Assembly (NCBI GenBank): GCA_964016885.1
Contig: OZ024754.1
Location: 434,001 to 498,000, forward strand
Reading direction: 5' to 3'
From: Eledone cirrhosa
Lineage: Eukaryota
DNA: 64,000 nucleotides
Under the pieces are notes generated by a model. It saw nothing but the letters and a program-made list of their open reading frames with translations, ran no database searches and was not told the origin of the DNA. Made by a program: the position numbers and the translations under genes. This document shows, piece after piece, positions 26,698-38,830 of this stretch. The stretch's first letter is position 1. Every line of letters begins with the position of its first letter.

Positions 26698-26875
26698 AAT
26701 ATTTGTCTCTACTTTAGGCACAAGGCCAGCAATTATCCAGTGCATTACTGGTACTTTATTTTATCGACCCCGTAAGGATGAAAGTCAACGTCGGCGGGAT
26801 TTGAACTCAGATCGTAAAGGGACGTAACTATGCTGGAAAGCATGGCGTCCGACCCTCTACCGATACTGCCAATCC
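26698..26875 (-). mobile_element. Same tRNA-SINE family
   Basis: Near-identical to 862-1037. Confidence 0.75.
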
Positions 26876-27282
26876 AAGTAATATTGTCGGCTTGATGGCT
26901 GATTCCGTGAATTGCTGTCCTCTCTCTCTTTCTCTCATACAAGCGATGTGGGAATGTTTGTGACTTAAGGCAAATGAATCGAGTGTGTAAGTCAAGATGT
27001 AAGCCATTGCAGTATTTGTATTCTGAGGTCAATTTTACCATTCATCCTTACTGGGTTAATAAAATAAAATACCAATCAAATACTTTGCCCTTCCCCCAAA
27101 TTTGCTGACCTTGTGTCCAAATTAGAATTCAATAAGTTTGCCTCCTCCTTTTTTCGCCCACTTATTCCTGAGAGGGTCGTGGGTGCAGAGTCGTCAAACA
27201 CTCCAGCGGGTCGTGTCAGAATCAACCTTCTCCAACTAGATCCTCATTGATTTTCATTTTTCGTTTCTTCTTCAGTGAAAGA

Positions 27283-27846
27283 ATGGCACTTAAACGTCTT
27301 TTCAGTCATCTACCAATAAACTGCAACAAGGTTAGTCCTCTGTTGCAGTTTATATTCCAAGCTCTTCCAGGCTGGAACCAAAGAAATACATTTAAATATC
27401 ATTCAGGAGCACACCTCCGTGCTCAGCTTCCTGCACCTGCTGTTTCTGTTAATCAGAAGGATGTGTTGGGTGAAAGTGCAGCAAAGAGAATTGAAAATCT
27501 GAATGAAGAGATGAAGAAGAAGTTAAAAATTCTACAGTTAGAGTATGAAGTGTTGAAACAACTTGGAAGTTTTAGGGTAAGTAACGACTTATCTACCATT
27601 CTCCACCACATCATCATCATTTAGTTAAGAGATGTCAACATGAATGGACCTGTTATTTTTATCTAAAGACATTTTTTTCCAATTCCATCCCACCCGTCCT
27701 CTCAATCTATCTTATTACTCATTCTTTCTTCTGATGAAGGACTAGCGTCCGAAACGTCAAGACCCTCTTTCTGCTATAGTAAGCGTTAACCTAATATATA
27801 CCTTCCATATACTGAACCAATTGTGTTATTATTTCTGTTTACCTTT

Positions 27847-27893
<47 letters not shown>

Positions 27894-29826
27894 GCAGAGG
27901 TTATATTTAATTTGTTGGGATACAACAAGCAAAATATTTTTATAACTGATATAAAGCACTCAACAAATTATTGGAGTAAATATACAATATATTAAATGGA
28001 AACTATATTTATAAAACCATATTTATTTCATTATACATATTTCAAGGGCCACCAAGGCAGATTATGGTGCACTTTCATCAGATAAAATATAATATAGATT
28101 AGTTTTATAAATAAATATTGACATACCCTGAAAAAATGCAACCTTCACGGTTGGAGTCTCCTGGATAGTGGAGATATTAGATTTATTGTTGGTTTAGTAT
28201 GCAATATATATATATTTCGTCATTTAGTTGCTTGTGTAGTCACGTGGCCTAGTGGTAAGGGTGTTGCACTTATGATCATAATGTCATCGGTTTGATTTCT
28301 GGGCTGGATTGTCATCATTATCATCATCATTTTTATGTCCACCTTTCTATGCTGGCATGAGTTGGAAGGGATGTTTTGAGACAATATTTTGCAGTCAGAT
28401 GCCCTCCTGATACCAAATGTACTCTCTCTCTCTCATTTTTCTGCTTCTTTAAACAGATTCCAGACAGCATGACTGATGAGCTCTGGCTAGAGATGCTTGC
28501 TTTCCCAACAGCCAGTGCTCGTAAAAGATATTACCGTTATCTAAGAAAAATTGAAGTTACAAAAATTTCTAGAGAATTGAAGAAAAAGAAGAAGTTCACA
28601 GAAAAAGAAAACCTTAACGAGAAAGCCGAACAAGGCGAATCAAAAAATACGATGTTCATGTTTATTCGCAAAACTACCATGAATACATTCTATTATTCAC
28701 GGCTAGCCCATGCTATGATGTTTGGACAACCAATTATTTTTGATATGAGCTTTGAGAATTACATGAGAAGACAGGACGTTATTCGACTTTGTGAACAGTT
28801 TCTCATGTCTTATGGATCCAATAAGATCCATCGGGATCCGTTCCATTTTATACTTAGCAGCAACCTATCCAATAGCACCTTTCAGAATTGTCTAGACAAT
28901 ACCAGAATTAATAAAGATCACGAGCATTTTCTAATGACCAATAGTAACCAACACTATCTGGACCTTTATCCAAAGGAGAAACTAGTATATTTAACTCCTG
29001 ATGCTCCTTCACCCTTACAGACTTTCGATCATGATGCCATCTACATTATTGGAGGATTGGTCGATAAAATTGAAACAAAACCAATAACAATGGCGAAAGC
29101 CAAAAGAGAGAAGCTAAAAATGGCTAAACTACCTCTTGATAATTTTGTCAGGTGAGTATTTCCTACCAGAAACCCACTTTAACTGTAACAGTATTAATTT
29201 AACTAACTATAGCAATATTAATTTAACTAACCATAATACTAACTATAGCAATATTAATTTAACTAACCATAATACTAACTATAGCAATATTAATTTAACT
29301 ATCCATAACACTAACTATAGCAATATTAATTTAACTAACCATAACACTAACTATAGCAATATTAATTTAACTAACTATATATAGTACTATTAATAAGTAA
29401 TATGGTAACAAAAGGTACTTAACCCTTTAGCATTTAAACCAGCCGTATCTGGCCAGAATTCTCTCACTTCTTTCTGTTCAAACCGGCTGTAACTGGCCAC
29501 TCATACTGATGTTAAGGCATTTTTCGCTAAATAAATAATATCAAAATCTCATATGTGAGATAAAGCCTTTACTGTGAAAATGTAATAGTAAATATATAGA
29601 GTAATGTAAATGGTAAAGGGTTAAATGCTTTTTTCAAACTGCTTGCACATACAAAACACACACATTTCTAATGTTTGTTTTCTGTTTCAGGTGGGGATGT
29701 GGTAATAAATCTCTGACTCTAAACCAGGTAATTGATATTCTTCTCCAGGTTAAGAGTGGTAGTAAATGGACTGAAGCCTTCCAACATATTCCACAGAGAA
29801 AAATCCGCTATGTAGTCAAAGACTGA
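27283..29826 (+). CDS. TRMT10C: Mitochondrial tRNA m1R9 methyltransferase / mitochondrial RNase P protein 1 (MRPP1), 3 coding exons, 374 aa
   Basis: Exons 27283-27576, 28457-29151, 29691-29826. Presequence-like N-terminus, AMMFGQPIIFDMSF, SPOUT/Trm10 motifs LVYLTPDA and YIIGGLVDK, and C-terminal LPLDNFVRWGCGNKSLTLNQV...W...IPQRK. Confidence 0.93.
27628..27850 (+). mobile_element. Penelope-like element terminal-repeat fragment carrying a hammerhead (second copy ~34780-35030, minus strand)
   Basis: The blocks AATGGACCTGTTATTTTT, the hammerhead core and TTATTTCTGTTT are shared between the two copies. Confidence 0.55.
27727..27762 (+). ncRNA. Minimal type I hammerhead ribozyme (Penelope-like element type), sense within the first coding-region intron of TRMT10C
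   Basis: TCTT-CTGATGA-A-GGAC(tagc)GTCC-GAA-ACGT-C^-AAGA: complete core, stem I TCTT/AAGA, palindromic stem III, GUC triplet. Confidence 0.75.
28025..28088 (-). ncRNA. Minimal hammerhead ribozyme motif (second family)
   Basis: Minus strand ATTTTAT-CTGATGA-AAGTGCACCA(taatctgcct)TGGTGGCCCTT-GAA-ATA(tg)TAT-A^-ATGAAAT, with an overlapping AATAAA at the 3' end. Confidence 0.55.
29190..29380. repeat. 36-bp minisatellite, ~5 copies
   Basis: Unit AACTATAGCAATATTAATTTAACTAACCATAATACT. Confidence 0.9.
29423..29620. mobile_element. piggyBac-type MITE
   Basis: TTAA|CCCTTTAGCATTT...AAATGGTAAAGGG|TTAA. Confidence 0.8.
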
Positions 29827-30729
29827 GTTTTTACCATTTTACCAGACAGTTGTAGAACTACAAATCACTGAGTGCTTTGTGCATTTAAAATTTGTCAATC
29901 TTCAATGGATGACCTTTAGTCAAGAAGTAGAAAGAAACGAACCGTTCTTTTCTTATTGAGAATGGCTTTTCTTTGTTTCATCATGAAATCTACGAGCTTC
30001 TGCCAATTAAGAGCAACATTTAAACAGTTTCAGAAGAATTTGAATCATATAAGTCAGGTAAATATTTAAATTGACAGGAAAAACAAGAGAAATAAACCTG
30101 TGTGATTATATTAATAAAATTGATCTTATTTCCAATAAATTGTGCAAATTGTTGAATTTGTATATCTAGCCAACTTATGATAATATAATAAATATACAAA
30201 GAACTTTTCATTAACATATTTATAATGTGTTTCAATTAATTTTGAAAATATTCAAACACTTAAATGAACTTAGTAAAATCTTCTAGCCACCTGGTGTTAC
30301 TCTCTCCCTACTCTCTCCCTCCATGCTTATCTTTTTGTTTTAATGACTGGGAAATTTAATGTATGACATTCATGTAACTATGAGAAAACTAAACTTTATT
30401 TTCTATATTATATTAACAACCTCCATAAGTAATTTACAAATAAATGTATATATAAAGAGAGAAATTAATAACAGAAATAAGGAAAGGTAAAAATTCTAAA
30501 CAAAATGTGAAAAGACTGACACCCCCAATTACACATTGAACAGAAAATATTGGTGTTTCCTTCTAAATATATTTAATGGCAAGCCAAAATATTCATGTCA
30601 TTATCGCAGGTAATAGTGAAGCTAAGGTGCTGTAATATGTACATTTATTAGTATTGTGTAATATTTTCGTAAAACCAGTCGCCAACAACGATTAGTCGTC
30701 ACCCTAACGAGGATGTCCTCATCAGGTAG

Positions 30730-31200
30730 TTGATCCTGCCGCCAGTCATCCACTCCACCATCAGGTCTAGGCTCCAGCAGCTCACAACAAGCAGACTGGG
30801 CATAATTGATGCCCATCCAGCCCTCTTCCTGTTAAGGAACTGCTTGGCCATGCTGAAGCTCCTCTATACACTTTGTAGTGCTCCTTGCTATAGTTATGCA
30901 TCTCTCCTTGCTGACCCTGACACTTGTATCTGAGGAGATATACAACATCAAGTTTGACGACCTTGGATGCTGCAGCCGGCAAAAGGCCAGACGCCATCCC
31001 CATCTTGCCATTCCACAGTGGTAAACTTCTCGTCTGGGATGCCACATGCAGTGACACAATCTCCAATGGCAACCTGGTGCAGTCTGCGACTAACCCAGGT
31101 TCTGCTGCACTTCAAGCTGAGGTGGGTAAACTCTCCAAAAATCAGTCACTCTCCGACAGGTTTCTAGTGGAGCACTGGCTAGCTGCAGGTGTGAGCCTCG
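30730..31200 (+). mobile_element. Degenerate CRE-type non-LTR retrotransposon fragment (RT thumb plus restriction-like endonuclease)
   Basis: AHPALFLLRNCLAMLKLLYTL, then in another frame GKRPD...GKLLVWDATCSDT...GSAALQAEVGKLSK (PD-D-xK RLE motif). Frameshifted and deleted. Confidence 0.7.
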
Positions 31201-32219
31201 CGAGATGGAATGGCTCTTCCAGCGCATCTCCCAGGGAAACGCCTTCTCTATTCTGTTCGCGGGGTGGCCAGGACGTGGGACCCCATTTGCTCATATTAGT
31301 GAGAGATGGGGAAGGCAACAGAGGCGATGACAGTGGGAGTTTGGTTCCTCTGTGTTCGGACCTGGTGTAGATGCGAGTGTAATTTTACACTTATTTATGG
31401 TTTTTATAGCTGTGGATCCGTGTATGTTGAAAAATTCTATGCACATGCGTATTGACGTTTAATTTTTTGCGCATGCGCGATTGCTGTAAATATTTCAGAA
31501 AAAAAATGACTGCTTAAAAATTAGACATATTTTCAAACCTGTAGAAAAAATAAATGTTAAAAACTTGGATTTTTACCATTTTTACGAAAGTAAAGTAAAG
31601 CTTTATTTTATGTTGAAGTATTTTATTGAAATATTGTATATTTATTTCCCTCCATTATGTCAACGATAGTTTTGTTTAGCTATTGCTACCCCTCCTCACA
31701 TATTTCAACATACAGGGCGACCACAAAAACACTCCTTGATTTCAAATACTTATAATATGAAAACTTAAATGAATATTCTTACAATATTGGTGGCTACAGC
31801 TGCATAAAGTAAAAGTTTCGTGTGATCATTTTACGTCCACTTTTTCCTGCTTGCACAACATCTCTCTACTCGTCACAGTCCTTCGTCATCTCCACCGTGA
31901 GCTTCAATGATCTGAGGTCTGTTCTCACCACCTCCGCCCATGATATTGGTTGATATCATAGACACTTTTGTTGATCGACAAAAATCAATGCAATAATTGT
32001 TTCTACTTGATGTCACTAAAGTTCCTCGATCCAGACACTCAACCATGCATGAGTATCTGATGTCGCTAAAGTGGAGAAATCCCAAAAAAATGGGGGGGGG
32101 GGCTTCTGCGATTGAACTTAAGCAAAATACTGAAGAGTTGCTTCCCTTTACTTTTTACAAAGAGGAGTAATTAGAAGCCATTTATTAGGCTAATTTTTGG
32201 GGGGCCCAGACAGTCCCGG

Positions 32220-33228
32220 GCCCTTAAACAGCTTCAATCACTCTCCCACCAGCAATTCACCAACTGTGGAGGAGGGTGGTTTTGGTGACCAGGGTTTAGC
32301 TGCCTGTAGAGGATCCTACGAGAAATTTACACCCTCTAAGCAGGCACTGATTATGGTTTAGCTGGCTGTAGAGGATCGTACCAGATGTTTACACCCTTAA
32401 ACTGCTTCAATCACCTCTCACGACATTAATCAGGGTTTAGCTGGCTGTAGAAGATCCTATGAGAAGTAGACGGCCTTAAACTGCTTATTTCGCCATCTAA
32501 CCTGGCATTGACCAAGGTTTAACTGGCCGTAGAGGATCCCATGAAAAGTATACAGGAACTAGAAATATATTATTTACCAACTTAAATAATAACGAAATAC
32601 GCTAAATTCTATTTCATATGGGAGGTGTTGTATTAGATATAGAACACCAGGTTTAAATAATTACTGCTGACATTTATGGAAAGAAATAAACAGAAAATGT
32701 GAACATTATGTGAAGTCACAGTGGCTTTTCAATCGAGAGTTCGATTCTCAGACCAGACTTGGTTGGTTTAATAACCGGTTGTTTATTGTTAAAGTTCTTT
32801 CTTAACACATTTTGTGTCTCTTTAGCTGGTCGTAGAGGATCCTACGAGAAGTATACGTCCTTAAACTGCACCAATCATCATCTCACCTGGCATCAACCAG
32901 GGTTTAGATGGTCCCAGAGGACCCTATGAGAATGTTACGCCCTTCATCTGCTCCTACGCCATCGAACCTGGCATTGACCAAGGTTTACCTAGCGGTAGAG
33001 GATCATACGAGAAGTTTACGCCGTTAAACTACTCCTTTCGCATTCTAATCAAGCACTGAGTATGGTTTATCTGGCCGTAGAGGATCCCACGAGAAGTATA
33101 CATCCTTAAACTGCTCCCTTTGCACTATAAGCAGGCGCACACTATGGTTTAGCTGGCCCTAGAGGATTGTTAAACTGCTTTAATCACTCTCATCTGGAAT
33201 TGACCAGTTGTGGAGGAGGGTGGTTTTG
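32220..33228. repeat. Old, diverged ~80-bp tandem repeat interrupted by an insertion (~32557-32820)
   Basis: Recurrent GGTTTAGCTGGCxGTAGAGGATCCTACGAGAAG...CCTTAAACTGCT. Confidence 0.75.
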
Positions 33229-34873
33229 ACGTGTCATATAGACAATCAACTACATGTAGAGTGGAACTAAAGTTGACAGGGAAACAGACATAGGCAATGA
33301 AAACATCATATCGATCTGTTCCCCTGGATTGCTTCGGAAATGTAACCTTGCATAAGATGATGTAGTGTGATAAACCATCACGTAACCATGAGCACCATTG
33401 AAATACAACACCACGTTGACGTGTGGCAGTAGCTAAACAAAACTATCGTTTAAATAATTATTGCTGACATGGAAGGAAATAAACAGAAAATGTTTCAATA
33501 AAACTGTTCAACATAAAATAAAGTTTTACTTTACCTCCTTATAAATAGTAAAATCCAAGTTTTTAACATTTTAAATTCAGGTTGTAAAACATGAAGTTGT
33601 TCCAGCGGCCATTTTAATTTTTCTAAACAAAATTATCCTAATTACGCATGCGCAAATTATTTGTTTGAAGTCGCAATGGCTTTTCAATCATGAGTTCAAT
33701 TCTTAGACCGGGCTTGGTTGGTTTAATAACCGGATCTTTGTTAAAGTTCTTTCTTCCCACATTCTGTGACTAATTTATTTTGTGTCTCTCATAGTTTAGG
33801 GAGCAGTTGCTGACTGGAACTGTTGGATAAGGCTATAGTTTCTACTTTTGATTGTGGCTTTGTACCTATGTGAAAAAACTGGACCAGCATTAAAGCAGCA
33901 GTGGGTTAGATGTTAGCCTCCATTTCTGTTAGTGATCAAATCCCTGGAAGATGAGTGAAAGGAAACTCATGCTGAAGACATGGGAATTTTTAATACTGTA
34001 AATAAACCCTTTTTGTATTTCACTATATATATATATATATATGAGAGAGAGAGCTTGTCTTCATGAAACCTTTGGTAAATGGAATAATTGTATTGTGTTG
34101 TTTATTACATAATATATATAAATTTATAAATATTTATCAACACAATATAATACTGGCCAAAATCTATCAGATTTTTCAAAGTCTTTTTTACATATACACA
34201 CACACACACACATATGTATACATGTGCAGTATTGCATCACTCTAGGTAGGCAAGAACAAGGAAGTACTAACATCAAAACAAGTTTCCCAGCATTTGAAGT
34301 CTAAGATCTTTGATATATATATATACCAGTTGTGTTAATTGGAGGACAAGGTCTATTCAGAAGCTCTCTACATTCCAGAACCACATGAGGAGACTTATGC
34401 CTGGCAAGCGGCTCAGCGACCGTATGTGTATCAGTGAGCTGCTCAACATTACCAAACTTAGACCAATTTGATCAATTGTTAAATCAAGAGTACTTAAACT
34501 ATAAGGTCATATAAAAAGATCAACTCGTGGTGTGAGTATGCCTAGTAAGAGAATCAGAGGCCGGCAGCCAAAACGGTGACTTGACAATGTCAACTTATGG
34601 ACTGCACTTGATCTTTGCTCTTTAAACTCTGCTGTTTGGTGACCAAACTTTGTGGAGAGAGAGATATCACATGTTGATGTGCAGTCTGTGCAGATGTGTC
34701 ACAAAAAGAATGTATACATGTGTGTGTGTATATATATATATATATATGTGAGTATGTCCAGCTAACCTCAGTCTTCTCTGTATGCAAATGGGAAACAGAA
34801 ATAACAATGCAAACAACAAAGTACAATGAAGATATATTTTATTAGTTTTACACTTGATATAGTAGGAAAAGAG

Positions 34874-34909
34874 TCTTAACGTTTCGGATGCTAGTCCTTC
34901 ATCAGAAGA
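34874..34909 (-). ncRNA. Minimal hammerhead ribozyme motif, paralog of 27727-27762
   Basis: Minus strand TCTT-CTGATGA-A-GGA(ctagca)TCC-GAA-ACGT-T^-AAGA. Flanks are homologous to 27630-27850. Confidence 0.65.
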
Positions 34910-35155
34910 AAGAATGAAGAATTAACGAAGATTTAGAAATAATGATGTGACAGAAAAATAACAGGTCCATTGATGTTAGAATCTCTTGGAAAACTGTTGA
35001 TGGTGGTTGATGGTATGATAAACTTCTTTTGAAAAGCTTGTGACGAGAGTGTGTCTGAAATGGAAAAAAAAAAACGGTTGTATATAGAGCTGTACCTGTG
35101 CGCATACATGTGTGTATATATATATGCTTTGAGAGGGTCTGGCTGCCTATATATG

Positions 35156-35207
<52 letters not shown>

Positions 35208-35273
35208 AAAATAGTCGGGACCCCGACGGCTGAGCTCTGGCCATTTCGACAGCTAGATCCGAACTAAACCGGC

Positions 35274-35319
<46 letters not shown>

Positions 35320-35320
<1 letters not shown>

Positions 35321-35585
35321 TGCAAAGTGGTCGTGGAGGTGCCATGGCAAAAAAGCACCCAGCCCACACTGTAAAGTGGATGTGTAGGTGCCACGGAAAA
35401 AAGCACCCAGCACTCACTGTAAATGAGGTTGGTGTTAGGAAGGGCATCCAGCTGTAGAAATCAAGCCAGAATCAGTTCCCGTATGAGCAAGACAAGGTCA
35501 GCCAACCGGACACTGCCCATAACAGGACAACCCGTCTAACCCATGCTAGCATGGAAGAACGGACATAAAACGGTGATGATGATAT
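35320..35585 (+). mobile_element. Second SINE family, 5'-truncated copy
   Basis: Closely similar to 9610-9776. Confidence 0.65.
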
Positions 35586-37292
35586 ATATATGTATGCCTA
35601 TATACGAATGTATATATATTACTCTTTTACCTGTTCCAGCCATCCGGCTGTGTGTGTGTATAAATCAGAATAGATGCAGTAAAATCAATTAGACCATAAC
35701 TCACCTGATATTTTAAGCACGTCGACTACCACAACTGACAGTCTAGCTGGCTTCTCTACTGTACTGCTGTCAGCTCCTTTAGGTCTAGTCTCACTGTTGG
35801 GGCTACTTGGGATAAGTCCTGTCTCTGCCATGCATTCTCATTCAGCACCCTCTCGTAATTTGCATGCCACGGTAATTAGGGGTTAGCAGGGATAAATAAA
35901 CCCCAAACTTTCTATACACACTTTTCACACACGATGTCTTCATTCTGTAAATGCGGGAAACTGGAATTAAGAATTTTGTAATCTGGAGTCCCACTTTTTG
36001 GTGATTATACCACAGAACGTGCACAAATTTCTTAATTCCAGTTTCCCTCATTTTCAAAGTATATCTGACATCTATTTTATAAGTATACCCAGTATTTAGT
36101 CCTTTGATCTTATTCTTTTTTTCACTTCTTTTATCCCGCTTTCCTCGATACATCTCTTACCATTTGCAGCTGTATTTCTGATTCTGTCCTCATCCTGTCA
36201 TCTTCCATCTGTCTGAAAACTGTGCTAGCCACAAGATCTGGAATATAGACTTCAAGAAGTTGTAGAAAGTAGAAATACTTATTTGTTACAAGCTAACTCC
36301 TCTCACTGTCACTTACCTTGATATCCTCTCACTATCACCTTGATATCCTCTCACTGTCATCTTCATATACTCCTTCTCTCGGCTAGTTTGATGTACCTCC
36401 ATCTTTATCTCCTGTCACTTACCTTATAATATACTCTCTCTCATTTGGAGGCAGAGTCCTCAAACACTCCCAGTGGGTCTGGTCAGAAGCAAGTGTCTCC
36501 AATTGATTCAGCTGGACCCCCAAATGGGACTAAGCAAGTTCATGGAAGTTATCCAACCATTTTGTTCAGTATCTACCTCTGGGTCTCCTGCCCAGTTAGT
36601 TTTGTCCATAAAATCTGTCTAGTGATTCTTATCACATGTCCGTAATATCAGAGCTATGATCTCTCAATTCGAAGTAGTAGCAGCTCTAGCAACTTTCTGA
36701 TATCCAAGCTACGCATTCCATCGAGTAACGTTACTCCACAGGCATTTTGGTGGAACCCCATTTTGGTCGCTTATATTTGCGATCAGTGTATTCTTTTGGT
36801 CATTTGTTAATTATTGCCATTCTTTCATGGCACTAAAGGCAGTGAATTAATCAGAGAAATAATACTTTCCATTATTCATAGAGTTCAAATCTTGCTGAGA
36901 TCAAGTAACAGTGTACAGGGTGTACTGGGTGTACAGGGTGCTTTTTGTTGTGGTACCAGGACAACCTCCTAACAGGGTGGACTTTAAGTCATTGCATCAG
37001 CACAACCACCTTACAAGGTGAACTGGGAGCTTTTTTTGTTGGGGCACCAGTACAACCGTCTTTCAGAGTTGACAGTGGTTTTCTAAATAAAAAGTTCAAA
37101 TTTAAATTTAAACATTGGACTGGAATCACATTATTATAAATACCAGATAATATTAGATTTCAATAGTTAAATATGTTTTTTGTAATTAAGTTGAAAGTTA
37201 TTTCACTGATACTCTCATAATTGTTGATTAATTTTGGTTAATTGAAACACAAAAGCAGTTTATTCTTAAAAATCTGGTCATGAAAAGGTTAA

Positions 37293-37587
37293 CCCTTTAG
37301 CATTTACATTACTCTATATATATACGATTGTATTTTTGGGGTAAAGGCTTTACCTCACAAAATATCGAATCTACGGGATTTTGATATTATTTATTTTGAG
37401 AACAATACCTTAACATAAGTATGACCAGCCAGTTCTGGCTGGTTTGAACAGAAAGAGGTGAGAGAATTCTGGCTGGATATGGCCAGTTTAAATGCTAAAA
37501 GGTTAATGCTGGTATGAGTAGCCGGTTACAGCTGGTTTGGACAGAAAAAAGGTGAGGGAATTCTGGCCGGTTTAAATGCTAAAAGGT
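37293..37587. mobile_element. piggyBac-type MITE with a duplicated right end
   Basis: Family sequence; the 3' ~80 bp is repeated. Confidence 0.7.
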
Positions 37588-38830
37588 TAAATTGAATGTA
37601 ACTGAAATAGAAAAAAAAACATTAAAAACTGAACTACTCATTAATCAGTTTTATTTATTTCTAATTTAACTAACTTCATACTAACACTTGAGTAATAAAC
37701 CTTACAGAATACTAACTCTCTCTCTCTCTTAAAACATGTATATACATCGCTGTTGTCCCTCCCTTGTTTCATTTTTTACATAAACACTCTCACTGCCCGA
37801 CACATCTCTCTTTTTCTCCCTCTCTCTACATTTCACTCTCTTTGTCCAGCTTTTATTACCTTTACTCGCTTTCTCACACACTTTTTTTCTCTTTCTCTCT
37901 ACTATGTCTCTCTCTCTCACACTCTCTTCCATCACCATTCCTCTCTCTCTCTCATCCATTACCATTTGTCTATCTCTCTTTCTTTAACATACTGTGTTCT
38001 CTGTTTTTCAATTTATCTTCCTCTCTCCTTCTCTCCAACACACACACAATTACCCTCCCCCACACAACATTTCTCTCCATTGTCCCCCATTCAACTCCAA
38101 CATTTCAATATTAAATTCAAGCCAGATGACAAAAGAAAAAAAAAAACAACTTTTTTTTTGTTTAGTTAAGTTTTTGTTTGTTTTTGTTCAGTTGTTCTAA
38201 GTAGCCATAATTATGAACAGCAGTAAATTTGAGTGAATTGTGTGATAAAGTTGGATAAAAAGATGTTATTTTGGAAGGGGAGGAGGATGAAGATAAAACA
38301 AGAGAGACTCTCTGGCTTAGTTTTACCATTCCATTTGTGATACCACCTTGTAAAACATTAAAAAACAAAACAAAAAAAATGGGGCCATGGGTACCATTCA
38401 ACATTGTGGAACTAAAGAGAATGTACATAAATACTTTACAGACTGGTAATTTCACCCCCCAGTCCCTTTTGTTCATTTGGTTTTAGGGAGTCTGTTTAAA
38501 AAACATTTTTTTTCCTTCTTTTTAAGAATACATAATTTTTTTTCTTTTCTTCTGTCTTTTGTTTTCAATGCTCAAAATACTTTAAATCTAAGTTGTATGT
38601 GCAATGTGAATATTCTACAGGAGAATGTTTTGATTGATGGATGGCATGGAAGAAATAAGAAATAGGGTTTAAAGAGAGGATTAAAGATGATAACACTATG
38701 AAGTACCCTTCTTTTTTTTTTTCAATATACTTTGGTTAAAAAAAAAAACAACAAAAAACATGATAGTCTGTGATATATATACTTACATACTCGCCATTCA
38801 CACAACTTTTACTTCTTTACACACATCCTT

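Noticed and set aside
30690-30730. Minus-strand CTGATGAGG motif (also hammerhead-like remnants near 25993 and 33942)
   Set aside because: The GAAA core half is missing or misplaced.
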